Assembly (NCBI RefSeq): GCF_964204645.1
Contig: NC_134030.1
Coordinates: forward strand, 17,236,110-17,300,109
Length of the DNA stretch: 64,000 nucleotides
Source of the DNA: Tubulanus polymorphus
Taxonomy: Eukaryota > Animalia > Nemertea
Reading direction: 5' to 3'
Shown in pieces: positions 50,835-62,780 of the stretch. A program made the position numbers and the translations under genes. The notes under the pieces were generated by a model. It made no database searches and had not been told where the DNA came from. It was given only the letters and a program-made list of their open reading frames with translations. Position 1 is the stretch's first letter. Each line of letters starts with the position of its first letter.

Positions 50835-51497
50835 AAAGAACAACCACAAACTATCAATATTACAAATAACACTGGTGTCATAAACATATACTACAAGAAG
50901 TGTTCTAAATGTGAATTAGATAAATTAGCTATAACAGAATTTAATAAGCGTAAGATTAGCAAAGATGGTTTTCAATATTGCTGTAAAACTTGTATTAAAC
51001 TATATACCAAATAATACCGAGAAGATAATAGAGAAGCTTATAATGATTATATGACAGAATATATGAGAGAAAGATATAAAACTGATCTTAATTTTAGATT
51101 GAAACAATGTTTAAGATCTAGATTAACACAATTATTCAACAAAGAAACGCATTCAGAAACACTTTCTAATTTATTGGGTTGTTCAGATGAATTCTTAAAA
51201 TCATGGATGATATATCAGTTTAATGATAAAATGAATATAGATAATTATGGTGAATACTGTCATATTGATCACGTGTTGCCGATTTCTAAATTTGACATGA
51301 GTGATGATTATAATAAGAAGCTAATCTGGAGCTGGAAAAATTTAAGACCTTTAGAAAAGAAGGAAAACATAATTAAATCTAATAAACTAGATTTACAGTT
51401 ATATTTAGATCAACTGGTTAAAGCAAAGACATTTGTTGAATTATGGAATAGTATTTCACAGAATCAACCGCATTCTGAGGTTTTAATCAGTGGTTAG
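50835..51497 (+). pseudogene. HNH endonuclease of the large-DNA-virus type with an N-terminal Cys zinc ribbon (in-frame stop at 51012)
   Basis: CSKC..EF..SKDG..CKTC, then LGCS..L, HIDHVLP and NLRPL...N..KSNK. Confidence 0.75.
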
Positions 51498-51853
51498 AAA
51501 GCTGGCAATTCTATTTGAGCTTTGTATGTATATAATACATAGCTCTTGTTTACTACTAAAACATATGTTGCCAAATATATCTTTTTTTCAATTCTAAAGA
51601 ATTAATTAACTTCATCATAAAGAACATCTGTTACAATCCAGACAAACGTGCATAAATAATTAGTTTGGTCGAACGTGCGCCTCGTCGGCAGTTAGAAATC
51701 AACATTCACATACATAGTACGTATTGGATATTCTCTCTCAAAACACAGTTTACAGTTCTAAATCTAAATTTAAGTACATATATTATGAAGTAGGGAAACC
51801 TTTAAACATATTTAAGTACAGTATTTCATTTTCACGATATCTTATAGATTAAA

Positions 51854-52150
51854 ATGGAATACAGAGATCGACCAGAAATTCCAAGTCAACCATCGGAAGA
51901 GGAACCAGAAACGATGGATAGTGAAACACAGGAATCAATAGAAATGGAGGATGAAACTCTCGTAATTGACGAACAAACTTCACAAAAATTACAAGAACAT
52001 TTGGACTATCATCAAGAAATGGTGAAAATTCTGAGTGATGTAATACATAATAAACAATTACCTCGCGAACTACAATTACCAAAATTACCAGCAACGCGAC
52101 TTAAATTGCTGTTGGGACTCAAAGAATCGAAAACTAAGAGAATGAGTTGA
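51854..52150 (+). CDS. Hypothetical acidic protein (may continue into 52147..52560 via frameshifts)
   Basis: AAAATG start and biased composition. No recognised domain. Confidence 0.4.
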   Translation: MEYRDRPEIPSQPSEEEPETMDSETQESIEMEDETLVIDEQTSQKLQEHLDYHQEMVKILSDVIHNKQLPRELQLPKLPATRLKLLLGLKESKTKRMS

Positions 52151-52664
52151 ACGAGTTTTTAAAATCTAAATTAATCATTGACACAGAACATTTGAACTTT
52201 CCGGAAATACAAAGTGTAGAAGTTATTTCATTTGCCGAAATTACTGATATCTTAAAAAAAAGTTATAAAACCATATTAAATAGAAAAGCAAATCACCTAT
52301 GGGACCACATCATTTTCGGGGGTTATCTAAATATAGGGTTTACAATGTTTGATAAAGAAACTGCGGGGATTTCTTGGGGGGTGTGGGTTAAAAAGAACAT
52401 AGATATCAGTACCGGCTTAGAAAACTGAGAAGAGTAGGTAGATAAATAAAATATGAAAAATTCAAAATATTAGGATTAGCATTTAGTGAAGTAGTCAGAT
52501 ATTTACCGGAAATTGAAGAAATGATTGGAAACAATCCAGTAATTAAAGAATTCTGGACAAAATTATAAATTATAACACTGAAGGTCTTTGTAATATAGAT
52601 ATCAAAAAATGTTATCTCGATTGTATATATCTGTTTTAATATTGTATTGTTTACTGTTAACTAA

Positions 52665-52883
52665 GTATTGCGCAATAACCGGTCCGATTGGACCGCTTTT
52701 CTATTGTTCTCCATTGTTCTATTATCGATCGTTGTTAACGGAAACAGCTGCTCAATATTGATTGGTTACAGTTCTATGTTTGAATGTTGTAGTTTACAGA
52801 ATAAAAATATAACTGTGTATTGCGCAATAACCGGTCCGATTGGACCCCTTTTCTATTGTTCTCCATTGTTCTATTATCGATCG
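52665..52883. repeat. ~66-bp direct repeat x2 with GGTCCGATTGGACC hairpin
   Basis: GTATTGCGCAATAACCGGTCCGATTGGACC..ATTATCGATCG at ~52665 and ~52817. Confidence 0.85.
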
Positions 52884-53271
52884 CTAAAATTTGCATAATA
52901 AATATATGTGTTTATGAAATAGTAATTCCACCAGTCGTTTCTTTGAATTTATTTTCAGTTTGAGGATTTATTATCGAGAATCCGAAATGACTTATCTGGA
53001 CAGTTATAGTTACCGCTCCTATAGATAGACAATAGTAGTGTGATATTAAATCCTAATTTAAATAAAAAATATTTAAAAAACAATAACTTCAACTAGCTAG
53101 TGAATTCTATTATATTTTTAATATTTTCTTTTGGTAATTCTAATTGACACTAGATTGAATAGAAATTCTTTAACTTTAACTAACCTAGTCAATTTAGTAT
53201 TAACCCAAAGAGATACTATTATCATTTTATAATACTTATAATATTTTTTTAATTAAATTTCTCTAATATAA

Positions 53272-53886
53272 ATGTCAAAGAAATCGAGTAAGAATAGTAT
53301 TGATATTGAAAAAACATTAGATGATTTGAGCATTAGTGATAATAAGGATATTCCAACCAAAATTGAAAATGATATTCAAGTTAATAACAATATAGATTAT
53401 GAATACTACTCATATTGTAAGCACCATCTTGAATTACTAATTGCTAGCGGGAAGTGTAAACAATTTTTAACTAAGACTATTACTTTTCAAGAACTAGACT
53501 CTATGAAACCAGATAAAGTAATAAAATATTTTAAGATTTATGAAGAGTCAAGATTAGCTAGAATAAATGATTCTATTTCAGATGGTATTGTCAAATGTTA
53601 TTCAAAATTATGTAACCGGTTAATATCAATTGATGATGAAAATAAATTATATACTGATTTGAAAAATGACTACTTAGTTATGACTGAATTACAAAAATGG
53701 GTTGGATATGCTTCATTCCAATTAGGATCGGTTATGACATTAATTTCTAGTGGCGTCATAACATTTTCGAATATCAAGCCTATGGAATATAAATCAGGTA
53801 AGAACGAAACAGATGACGCTGTACTACAACCAAACGGTGAAACAGAAAATGAACCAGAACAAAAATTAACTAAAATAAATGAGTGA
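53272..53886 (+). CDS. Polinton hypothetical protein with a hydrophobic C-terminal segment
   Basis: Intact 204-aa ORF overlapping the next start, within the INT/ATPase gene cluster. Confidence 0.65.
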   Translation: MSKKSSKNSIDIEKTLDDLSISDNKDIPTKIENDIQVNNNIDYEYYSYCKHHLELLIASGKCKQFLTKTITFQELDSMKPDKVIKYFKIYEESRLARINDSISDGIVKCYSKLCNRLISIDDENKLYTDLKNDYLVMTELQKWVGYASFQLGSVMTLISSGVITFSNIKPMEYKSGKNETDDAVLQPNGETENEPEQKLTKINE

Positions 53887-54247
53887 TGATGTTAAGAAAA
53901 AGGCTAGATCAGAGAAACAAATTAAATGGGCAAGAGAATTAGGTAAAAGATCTGCAGAATTAAAAAAAGCTAAGAAAAAGAAATTAACTGATATAAATGA
54001 ATCACAGAAATTATCTGATATTGATTCAAATAATAATCCATCTGATTCTTCTAATAGTGGAAGAAATAATTACTTATATATTACAATTGGGTTAATCACA
54101 ATTGTTATATTCTCTGGTGTAATATATAAATCAAAATTCAAATCTGATGATAAAGATGATTCCAATGATAATAAACCTATCATACAAGAAAATAAGTCAA
54201 ATCATAAAGTCATTGAAACTAAATCTAAATTATTATTAATGGATTAA
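53879..54247 (+). CDS. Polinton hypothetical membrane protein (basic N-terminus plus TM segment)
   Basis: RSEKQIKWARELG..KKAKKKK and YLYITIGLITIVIFSGVIY. Confidence 0.65.
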   Translation: MSDDVKKKARSEKQIKWARELGKRSAELKKAKKKKLTDINESQKLSDIDSNNNPSDSSNSGRNNYLYITIGLITIVIFSGVIYKSKFKSDDKDDSNDNKPIIQENKSNHKVIETKSKLLLMD

Positions 54248-54252
54248 AATAA

Positions 54253-55338
54253 GATGAAAAAGAACAATATTTAAGAGATTTATATTACAACCCAGAAAGT
54301 GAAGTATCATATTCTAACGTTTCAGAATTATGGAATAAAATTAAATCTGATAATGAAAATATAAAATATAGTGAATTAAAATCATGGTTACAAAATCAAC
54401 CAACATATCAAATCCACAAGAAAATGGATAAAACTTATTTAACAAGAAAAATTATGGTTTCATATATCGATCAACAATGGCAAGCAGATTTAATTGACAT
54501 GAAGAACTTAGAAGAATACAACAAAGGATATTTCTGGATACTGAATGTTATAGATATATTCAGTAGATACGCATCGAGTATACCAATCAAAAGTAAAACT
54601 GGTATAGAAGTGACAAATGCTTTTAAATCAATATTTAAAGAAGCTATTTCAGATAAGATACAATTTGATGAAGGTAAGGAATTTTATAACTAACATTTCA
54701 AAAAACTATTATCTGATAACGATGTAGAATATTTTTCAACACATTCAGATAAAAAAGCATCTATTATAGAAAGATTTAATAAAACATTGAAAACTAGAAT
54801 GTGGAGATATTTTACTGCTAATGAAACATATAAATATATCGATGTGTTAGATGATTTAGTGAAAGGTTATAATAATTCTAAACATAGTTCTATAAATATG
54901 AAACCTATACAAGCTAGAAAAGAAGATAATTCAGAAATAGTTTGGAATAATTTATATGGAGCATTGGTTACACATGATTTCGGCGAACCTAAATTTAAAA
55001 TAGGACAACACGTAAGAATATCTAAATATAGAAAAACATTTTATAAAGGTTATACCCCTAATTTTACAGAAGAAATATTCAAGATTAAAAAGATAATATT
55101 AACTAAACCTTTTGTTTATAAACTAGAAGATCTAAAAGATGAAGAAATATTAGGTTATGTCTATGAACAAGAATTATCACTTGTACCAAATCCAGATGAA
55201 ATAAAATACAAAATAGAAAAAGTATTGAAAACAAAATCTCTTAAAGGAAAAAAGTATTCTTTGGTGAAATATAAAGCATATGATGATAAATTTAATGAAT
55301 GGATTTTATCTAGTAAAATTAAAAGAATAAATGAATAA
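54253..55338 (+). pseudogene. Polinton retroviral-like integrase with C-terminal chromodomain (stop at 54691, start codon lost)
   Basis: LYYNP, WQADLIDM, IDIFSRY, QFDEGKEF, IIERFNKTLK and YNNSKHSSI motifs. Chromodomain YKIEKVL..LVKYKAYDDKFNEWI. Confidence 0.92.
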
Positions 55339-55940
55339 AGATTTATTTATATCTGAACCGCATAATATGTTAATTACTGGTGTAACCAATTGTGGTAAAA
55401 CACATTTCATATTAGATTTGTTAGAAACTAACTATTTATAAGAATCATTTTGATAATATAATATTATTCTGTCCTACTTATGAAATGAATAAAACATATA
55501 ATAGAGATATAGTTAAGATAAGAAAGTTTATTATATTAAATCCTAAAACAGTAAAAGAAAATTTAGATAATTGTATTAAAATAGCAATTGATACTTATAA
55601 AGGATCAAATACATTATTCATTATAGATGATTGTGCAAATTTACATGATTCAAAAGTTAGAGAAAGTGAGTTATGTTATTTAGCTTTCTCTGGGAGACAT
55701 TTTGGGATAACAACATGGGTTTTAAATCAAAAATATAATTCAAAGACTTTAGGGAGAATATAAGATTTCTAGTTTTATTTTATAACAAAGATAAAAAAAT
55801 CTATGCAACAATCATTGGAAGAAAATCAAATTATACCTACTGAATTACATGATGAATATATGAATAAATTAAAGAATAATAAAGGTTCAAAATTATTACT
55901 GAGACTACAATTTCCCTATGAATATAAATTTATAAAATAA
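55331..55940 (+). pseudogene. A32/FtsK-like packaging ATPase (frameshifted)
   Basis: Walker A GVTNCGKT, Walker B FIIDD and SGRH..TWVLNQKY. Frameshifts near 55430 and 55742. Confidence 0.9.
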
Positions 55941-55954
55941 CTATTTGTATACCT

Positions 55955-56325
55955 ATGTATTAGATACCCTATTAGATACCCTAATATCTGATACCCTATT
56001 AGATACCCTAATACCTGATACCCTATTAGATACCCTATTAGACACCTTAAATACTTAAACCCCCTTTTTTAAAATAAATATTATTTATACAATTTTCAAC
56101 CAATTTATTTTTATTTTTTCAACTAATATATGAATAAGTTTGAAAATAATAAAGGTTATTTATTATTACTGAGGTTTCAATATAAATTTTAAAAAGAATT
56201 ATAATTTAAGGTATTTTCAAATAATATGTATTAGATATGTATTAGATATGTATTAGATACCTTAAATACCTTAAATACTTAAAACCCCCTTTTTATTTAC
56301 TATTATTTTATACAATTTTCAACAA
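55955..56325. repeat. Short-repeat region between convergent genes
   Basis: (TTAGATACCCTA)-like repeats and two related blocks ending AAATACTTAAA(A)CCCCCTTTTT. Confidence 0.7.
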
Positions 56326-56358
56326 ATATTATTATTTGTGTTAAATATAATTAATATT

Positions 56359-57235
56359 TTAATCACTTTCACTATCATACCCCAACAATTTATTCAAACT
56401 CTCTACCGAATCTTCTTCAAATTCTTCATTATTTTTATACTTCTTCTTCACCCTTTTTACCGCATCATCAATAGTTGTTTCATGGTTATGCTTATTCATC
56501 CAATCAAATTTATCATTATTTTCTACTTTATGTTTCATAGAATCTTTAATATCAATATGCTTGTCAGTAACTATATTTTCATTATTATCTTTATTAGTGT
56601 TTGCTCCTAATATTTCATTTACAGTGTTCGATCCTAATATTTTATTAGCATCGGTTAAATCTAATTCATCTTTATTAGGTGTTGCTAATAATAAATCTTC
56701 ATATAATTCTTTACCATTTACTTTTTTATTTGAAACAAACTTTGTAACATATATAAATGGGTGTTTTATAAATTCTCTTAAACCAACACGTTCTATTACA
56801 TTAGTAATATGTACCTTTGTATTCATATGTTTATTCCAATTTGATGGAGCGTTTGAAAATTCACCTTTCCCAATAATCACAATAATTTCTATTTTCACTA
56901 ATATTTAATATTATTGCATTATTAGATGTAGAAGGTATTGCATTATTAGATGTAGAAGGTATTGCATTATTAGATGTAGAAGGTATTGCATTATTAGATG
57001 TAGAAGGTATTACATTATTAGATGTAGAAGGTATTGCATTATTATCAATTACATTACTTAAATTATCAACAACTTCACTTTTATTATTATCGATTTCTAT
57101 TAGTTTAGTTTTATAAATTTTGAAAATAGGACCAAATATCAAAGCTACATTACAAGGTATTACATAATATAAACCATCATTATTTTCATGTGTATCGATG
57201 TATGGAATATGTTTATATACTTTACCTCCTTCCAT
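56359..57235 (-). pseudogene. Hypothetical protein with an 8-aa repeat, probably one frameshifted gene
   Basis: ORFs 56861..57235 and 56359..56898 overlap. A 24-bp tandem repeat (NNAIPSTS x5) lies at ~56910-57045. Confidence 0.5.
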
Positions 57236-58511
57236 TTATTATATAAATTTTTATTAAAGTTAAAATTCTAATAATAACACTATTTAATTGAGAATTTACA
57301 ATATTTAATTGCGCGTCAGATATGATATAAATGTGCATTTTAAAATTTTTGATTCCTTTATTCTTTGTCATGAATAATTGTATTCCATCTTTAGTGTTTT
57401 GTAGTTTTTTTCCAGAACCATGTAATGAATTATCCTCTGTTGTTCTAAAATCTAACCATAATGCATATTTATTACCGGTATAATAATCAATTTGATTAAT
57501 ATTACAATTTTCAGATGATTTTACTTTTTCATTCATAAAATGTTTTCTAATTTCTGGCCATTGATCTATCATTCTCTTTCCTTGACAAAATATTATATTT
57601 GCTATTCCCTCGATAGTTATTTCTACTTTTGTTATTTCAGGATTATAATAATTATCAACATTTATTGCGCCATTAGTATATATTGCAATGGTAAAAAATA
57701 TTAATATACCTTTAATAGATCTCCTTGGGAAGTTAATATTCTCATTAATAATTTCATCATTTGCATTAATAGTTACAGTTTTAAATTTATCAATATAATC
57801 ATATAATAATGAAAATCCTTGATTGTATTGAGTTTGAATTATACTTGAAATATTTTCATCAGTTACTGTATCATATTCTAAACATATATTCGATAATTTA
57901 TAACTCATATCTTTATTAACGCTAGATATTACAATTTCATTTACAGGAGCAAATGTTATTTCGAATATAACGTCTTCTTGAATTGCGTATTTATATAAAG
58001 GCGCATTATTAATCAATTCAAAGTCTAATGGAATTTTATATTTGCTTCATTATATACTTTTTATCAATTTATCTATAGCATTAGTTAATATTGCATTATG
58101 CGCTTCTGATCTTAATTTATTTTGGTTTTCTGATTGGATGCCTTGAAATATCATATTATTTCTATTTTCTTTAGTTAACCATAAATCTTTATAATGCATA
58201 AATAAATTATAATCATCTAATGAGAAAACTGTTTCTGGACCAATCTTTATTGTTAATTTTTTAATCAAATATCTCCCAACATTATCGACAACATAATTAT
58301 TATTATTACCGGTTACTTTTATATCGGCTGATAAATAAATACTATTTGGAACATAAAAACTATTTTGTGTTAATCGAGGAATTCTAACATATAAAGTTAC
58401 ATCGGGATTAATATTAGAAGGGTTATGAGTAATTATATGATGAGATCTTTCTGCTTTAATAGCATTAGATATTCTATGATTCTTAGAAGGATTGATATAA
58501 CTCCCACTCAT
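57222..58511 (-). pseudogene. Polinton major capsid protein (double jelly-roll), two adjacent in-frame stops at ~58047-58052
   Basis: INP..HR..IKAER..ITHNPSNI..LYVRIP.L, KIPLDFE, LSNICLEYD, ALWLDFRT.EDNSLHGSG and DAQLNI. The two ORFs are in the same frame. Confidence 0.75.
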
Positions 58512-58880
58512 TTATTTAACAAAAAAATTAATTATTTATTTTTTATCATGTTTACTTGATATTTTTTGATATCATATTTACTAACCCAAAAATAATTGCA
58601 CTTACAACTGTAATTAAAAATATGAGTTTTATTTTTGTAGAGAATAAAATGTTTTGTGAGATCACGCGGAGTCACGTGTTACTTATCAGTTGTCAGTTAC
58701 TCCTTGCCTCCGCCCCTCCTGACAACGTGGCTAAGCATTCCCTCGGAGAAACACGAGTAGGATACTTCGTTATTTTCACTGACTTCAATTCAATATTTTC
58801 ACTGACTGCGTTTTACTGAATTCATTTCGTTCACTTATATTTCAATCATTCAAGGTTAGTGCTTAAATTTGAAGTCGATT

Positions 58881-59440
58881 ATGCCGATTGACGTGCTTAT
58901 TATGGGTCACTCCTTTGTGCATCGTCTCAGGACTTTCGAGCAGGAGCGCTTTTCCAATCTAGGCCTAGACCCAGACGTGGTAAAATTGCATTTTTTAGGT
59001 TTTGGAGGCGCTACAGTTTTACCGGGTGTAAAATCTATCCAACGGTGCCTGCCGAGTTTTGGTTCAAAATTTGACGTAGTATTCCTCCACTTAGGCGGAA
59101 ACGATTTAGCCCGTTCAGACCCAAAAAGCTTGGCCTTTTCTTTGGTTGCATTGAGCAATTTTCTGTGCACCACGTACAGCGTGACACACTTATTGGTCAG
59201 TCGCTCAGGCGTCTGTCCCCTCCGACAAATTTCAATTCTAAGCTAATAGTATTCAACGAAACCGTGAAACGTTTAGTGTGTGAATCCTTAAATACAACTT
59301 TTTGGCAACACAGAGGTTTTTGGGCTGATATCCGGCAATTTCTTCTGAGAGATGGTGTACATTTAAATGCAAAAGGCATGAAAAAATATGCTTTTAGTGT
59401 GAAGGCAGCTATTGGCCACGCCACTAAGAAATATTTCTAA
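58881..59440 (+). pseudogene. SGNH/GDSL hydrolase ORF of Ngaro (frameshift near 59200)
   Basis: VLIMGHSF, GFGGAT, LHLGGNDL and RDGVHLN blocks. Confidence 0.85.
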
Positions 59441-59563
59441 TAGCTTGGTTTGAAGCAAGATACATCGTCTATTTGTCATCAATAAGTTATATGTGTTTCA
59501 ATTTGATTATGAATTTTACATATTCTTTTTACATATCTGACATGCATTTATGCAATTTTTAGT

Positions 59564-60040
59564 TACATGTGTCTTGGGGTTTTTACTTCAACGTACTCCC
59601 TGTTCTCAGGGGGTGCCATGTACTTTACCTATACATGTGTTTTGGGGTTTTTACTTCAACGTACTCCCTGCTCTCAGGGGGTGGCATGTACTTTACCTAT
59701 ACATGTGTTTTGAAGGTTTTTACCTCAACGTACCCCCTGTTTTCAGGGGGTGGCATGTACTTTACCTATACATGTGTTTTAGGGTTTTTACCTCAACGTA
59801 CCCCCTGTTTTCAGGGGTGGCATGTAATTTACCTATACATGTGTTATGGGGTCTTTACCTCAACGTACCCCCTGTTCTCAGGGGGTGGCATGTAATTTAC
59901 CTATACATGTGTTTTGGGGTTTTACCTCAACGTCCCCCTGTTCTCAGGAGGTGGCATGTATTCTATCGTTACATGTGTTTAGTGGCCCTCGCCGCAACCT
60001 ACTCCTATTCTTTTCGGGGGTGGCATGTATTCTATAAATA
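59564..60040. repeat. 68-bp tandem repeat x~7
   Basis: TACATGTGT unit starts at 59564, 59632, 59700 and onward. Confidence 0.9.
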
Positions 60041-60239
60041 CATACTTTAAATAAATATATATATTCCATCTTTGTAACGTGTTTTTCTCTCAAAGGACGT
60101 TATGTTGCAAAAAACCTTTTGTTTAATAATTCATCGGAATCTTGCGGTTGTTTTTCATACTATTTCCATGATATACGCATTCGGCCAAGATGCTGTTCAA
60201 TTTTCTGCTGGTTTTTTTTTCTATTTGCTAATTTTTTAG

Positions 60240-61245
60240 ATGCCGAGAGCCACGAGAGCTAAGCGTGCAGTCACCAGTAGACAAAAACGCCCTCGTTCGT
60301 CTGCGCTTGCCTGAAGCGGTTGCCACCCCCGTCAACGCCAGGGACCAACCAACTAACCAAACCAACAACCAACCAACAGCCAAACAACCAACCAACAACC
60401 AGATGCGAATGCCGTCGCGGATATCGTCATTCAAAGACTCATCGATAGTCATCTGCTACCAACACGCGACGCCACACATGCTGCTTCCCGACACCCGTAG
60501 TGAATTCTTCCAATCCTGTTGACGTCACACGGAACTTCTTTTCGACACCTGTGGAGAATCCTCCCATTCCTGGTGAGCAACTTATCAGCGAGTTACTTAC
60601 GTCCTCGCTTCCTTTGGACTAGCAGTGTCGGAAAAAATAAAGTCCGATATTTGGGCAGATAGATATATTGATTTGTCGGCTCTTTTGATCGGTACTAAAA
60701 CTGCCGAAGTTGACACACTTCGTGCTACCCTTTCTGAGAAAGGAGACTTAACATTGTGTAAACCTAGACTCAAACAGTTGTCATCCATTTACGAATGGAA
60801 CAAAACATTCGATATCTTCATGTCTGTCTACGTGCAAAGACATTCCGATGTTCAGGTTTTCCGTCAGCTGTTGAAATATGCTAGCACTATCCGTCACTTT
60901 GCTAATGATTTTGCTTTTCCCGCCGCAAAGAGCTCCGATGAGCAATTCCGCCGATTCAGAGCGGTTTCTCCATCTCTGGCGTGGTCAAAAGTTCACGATG
61001 AACTCTGGCTACGGTGTAGTACTATAAGATCGGTAGATCAAAAGAAGCCCTTTCTTGCGAAGCCCCATCGACGGACAAAGCGTTTTCCGGTCGGTTTCTG
61101 CTGGGAGTTCTGCCAGACTGGAACCTGCCAGTATAAGCTCTGTAGAAGAAAGCATGAATGCCCCCATTGCGGTAAAAAACATGCAGCCGACTCATGCACT
61201 GCCCAAAATTATTCCGACACCAATAAAACCACACAACTTAGATAA
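60240..61245 (+). pseudogene. Ngaro gag-like ORF1
   Basis: KIKSDIWADRYIDLSALL, W..F.IF..VY and DEQFR motifs. C-terminal CWEF..C..C..H.C..C..H....C zinc finger. Confidence 0.8.
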
Positions 61246-62780
61246 TTTGCTAATTGGTTTCAAACAACGGAAGTTTCTGGTAGATGGTTTTACTAACGGG
61301 TTTCGTTTAGGATCGGCGACTCAAAGACCATATACTTTGGACATCCCAAAGAATCACAAAAGTTTTTTAGATTGTCCTTCCATAGCGAAGGGAAAAATTC
61401 TGCATGAATTTGACCTAGGCCGTATTGCCGGTCCTTTCACCACACCTGTTCATAAAAATTATGTATGTAGCCCAATGGATATAATAGCAAAAAAGAATCT
61501 GGAAAATTTAGACTCATTCACGATCTGTCCTTTCCAGAGGGGTCCTCAGTAAACGACTTTATAGAGGACGATCATAAAAAAGTGTCATATGACAACATCG
61601 AATCCGTTATTTCACTAGTTCAATTATATGGGCGCGGGTGCCTTATGGCCAAAGCAGATATTCAAGACGCCTTTCGTTTAATACCCGTCCATCCAGACGA
61701 TAATCATTTGTTGACGTTTACTTATAACAATATGTATTACTATGACCGTTGCCTGCCGATGGGTTGCGCATCATCCTGTCAATTATTTGAAGTATTCAGT
61801 TCAGCAATACAATGGATTCTATTGAATAAAAAGACGTTCAGCATATGTCCCACCTATTAGATGACTTTTTCTTTATCGGGAGGCCCATTTCTAATCAGTG
61901 TAACTTAGCTCTGCACTCATTTTTCGAAATTTGTACAGAAACCGGGATTCCCGTAAAACACGATAAGACTGTTCATCCCTGTACATGTTTAATAATATAT
62001 GGTATTGAAATAGATTCAGACGCTATGGAAGCGCGTCTGCCATTAGATAAAGTGGAAAAAATTCGTGCCCAATTGTTGGACATTAAGTGCAAAAAGTCGG
62101 TGACGCTCAAGGAACTACAGTCACTGCTAGGCCTGCTCAATTTCGCTTGCAGCGTAATCATACCCGGTAGGGCGTTTCTACGGCGCCTCTGCGATCTGAC
62201 TTGTGGAATATCCCGGCCACATCACAGAATTAGGCTAAATAACGAAGCGAGATCTGATTTAACCGCGTGGTGGTCTTTCGTAAACCATTTTAATGGTAAA
62301 TCATGTTTCTTATATTCATCATGGACACCGTCTGACGCTATTCGTTTGTATAGTGATGCTGGGGGATCGAAAGGTTTTGCAGCTGTTTTCGGTTCTCGTT
62401 GGTTCTCGGGTGGCTGGCAACATGATATGCTTGACCACCACATCACGATAAAAAGAATTCTTTCCCATAGTATTAGCGTTAGAAATATGGGGCGGTAACC
62501 TAAGAAACCATAAAATACTTTTTATGACCGACACGGCAGCTGTCGCACATATCATTAACAAAATGACCTCTACTGATAAGGTCATTATGCGTCTGGTCAG
62601 ACGTTTTGGTGCTGGTAGCAATGAAGTATAATGTATTTATTCGGAGCGAGCATATTGCAGGGTACACTAATGTGATCAGTGACAAGTTGTCCCGTTTCTG
62701 TTTTCAGGAGGCCAGGCAGTATGCACCGTGGCTGAACAGACTGCCAACTCCTATACCACCGGCCAGCTACAGAATATAGT
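61200..62780 (+). pseudogene. Ngaro reverse transcriptase / RNase H (frameshifted)
   Basis: GRIAGPF, MAKADIQDAFR, LPMGCASSC, HLLDDFF, LQSLLGLLNFA, LYSDA and HIAG..N..SDKLSR. Confidence 0.9.

Larger units (their letters stand above)
50303..58650 (+). mobile_element. Polinton/Maverick-like element 2 (integration and morphogenesis module), truncated on the right by Ngaro
   Basis: AGTAATAGGG terminus interrupts Gypsy gag. Contains integrase, A32/FtsK-like ATPase and MCP. Confidence 0.85.

Noticed and set aside
37940-58650. Bacterial or phage contamination (AT-rich, intronless, Rep-like gene)
   Set aside because: pPolB, INT-chromodomain, ATPase and MCP are Polinton-type, and the ends are joined precisely to an animal Gypsy element with a TSD.
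59550-60050. ORFs of 166, 108 and 63 aa and a regular repeat that could suggest a CRISPR array
   Set aside because: The ORFs are by-products of a 68-bp minisatellite. There are no unique spacers or cas genes, and the context is eukaryotic.
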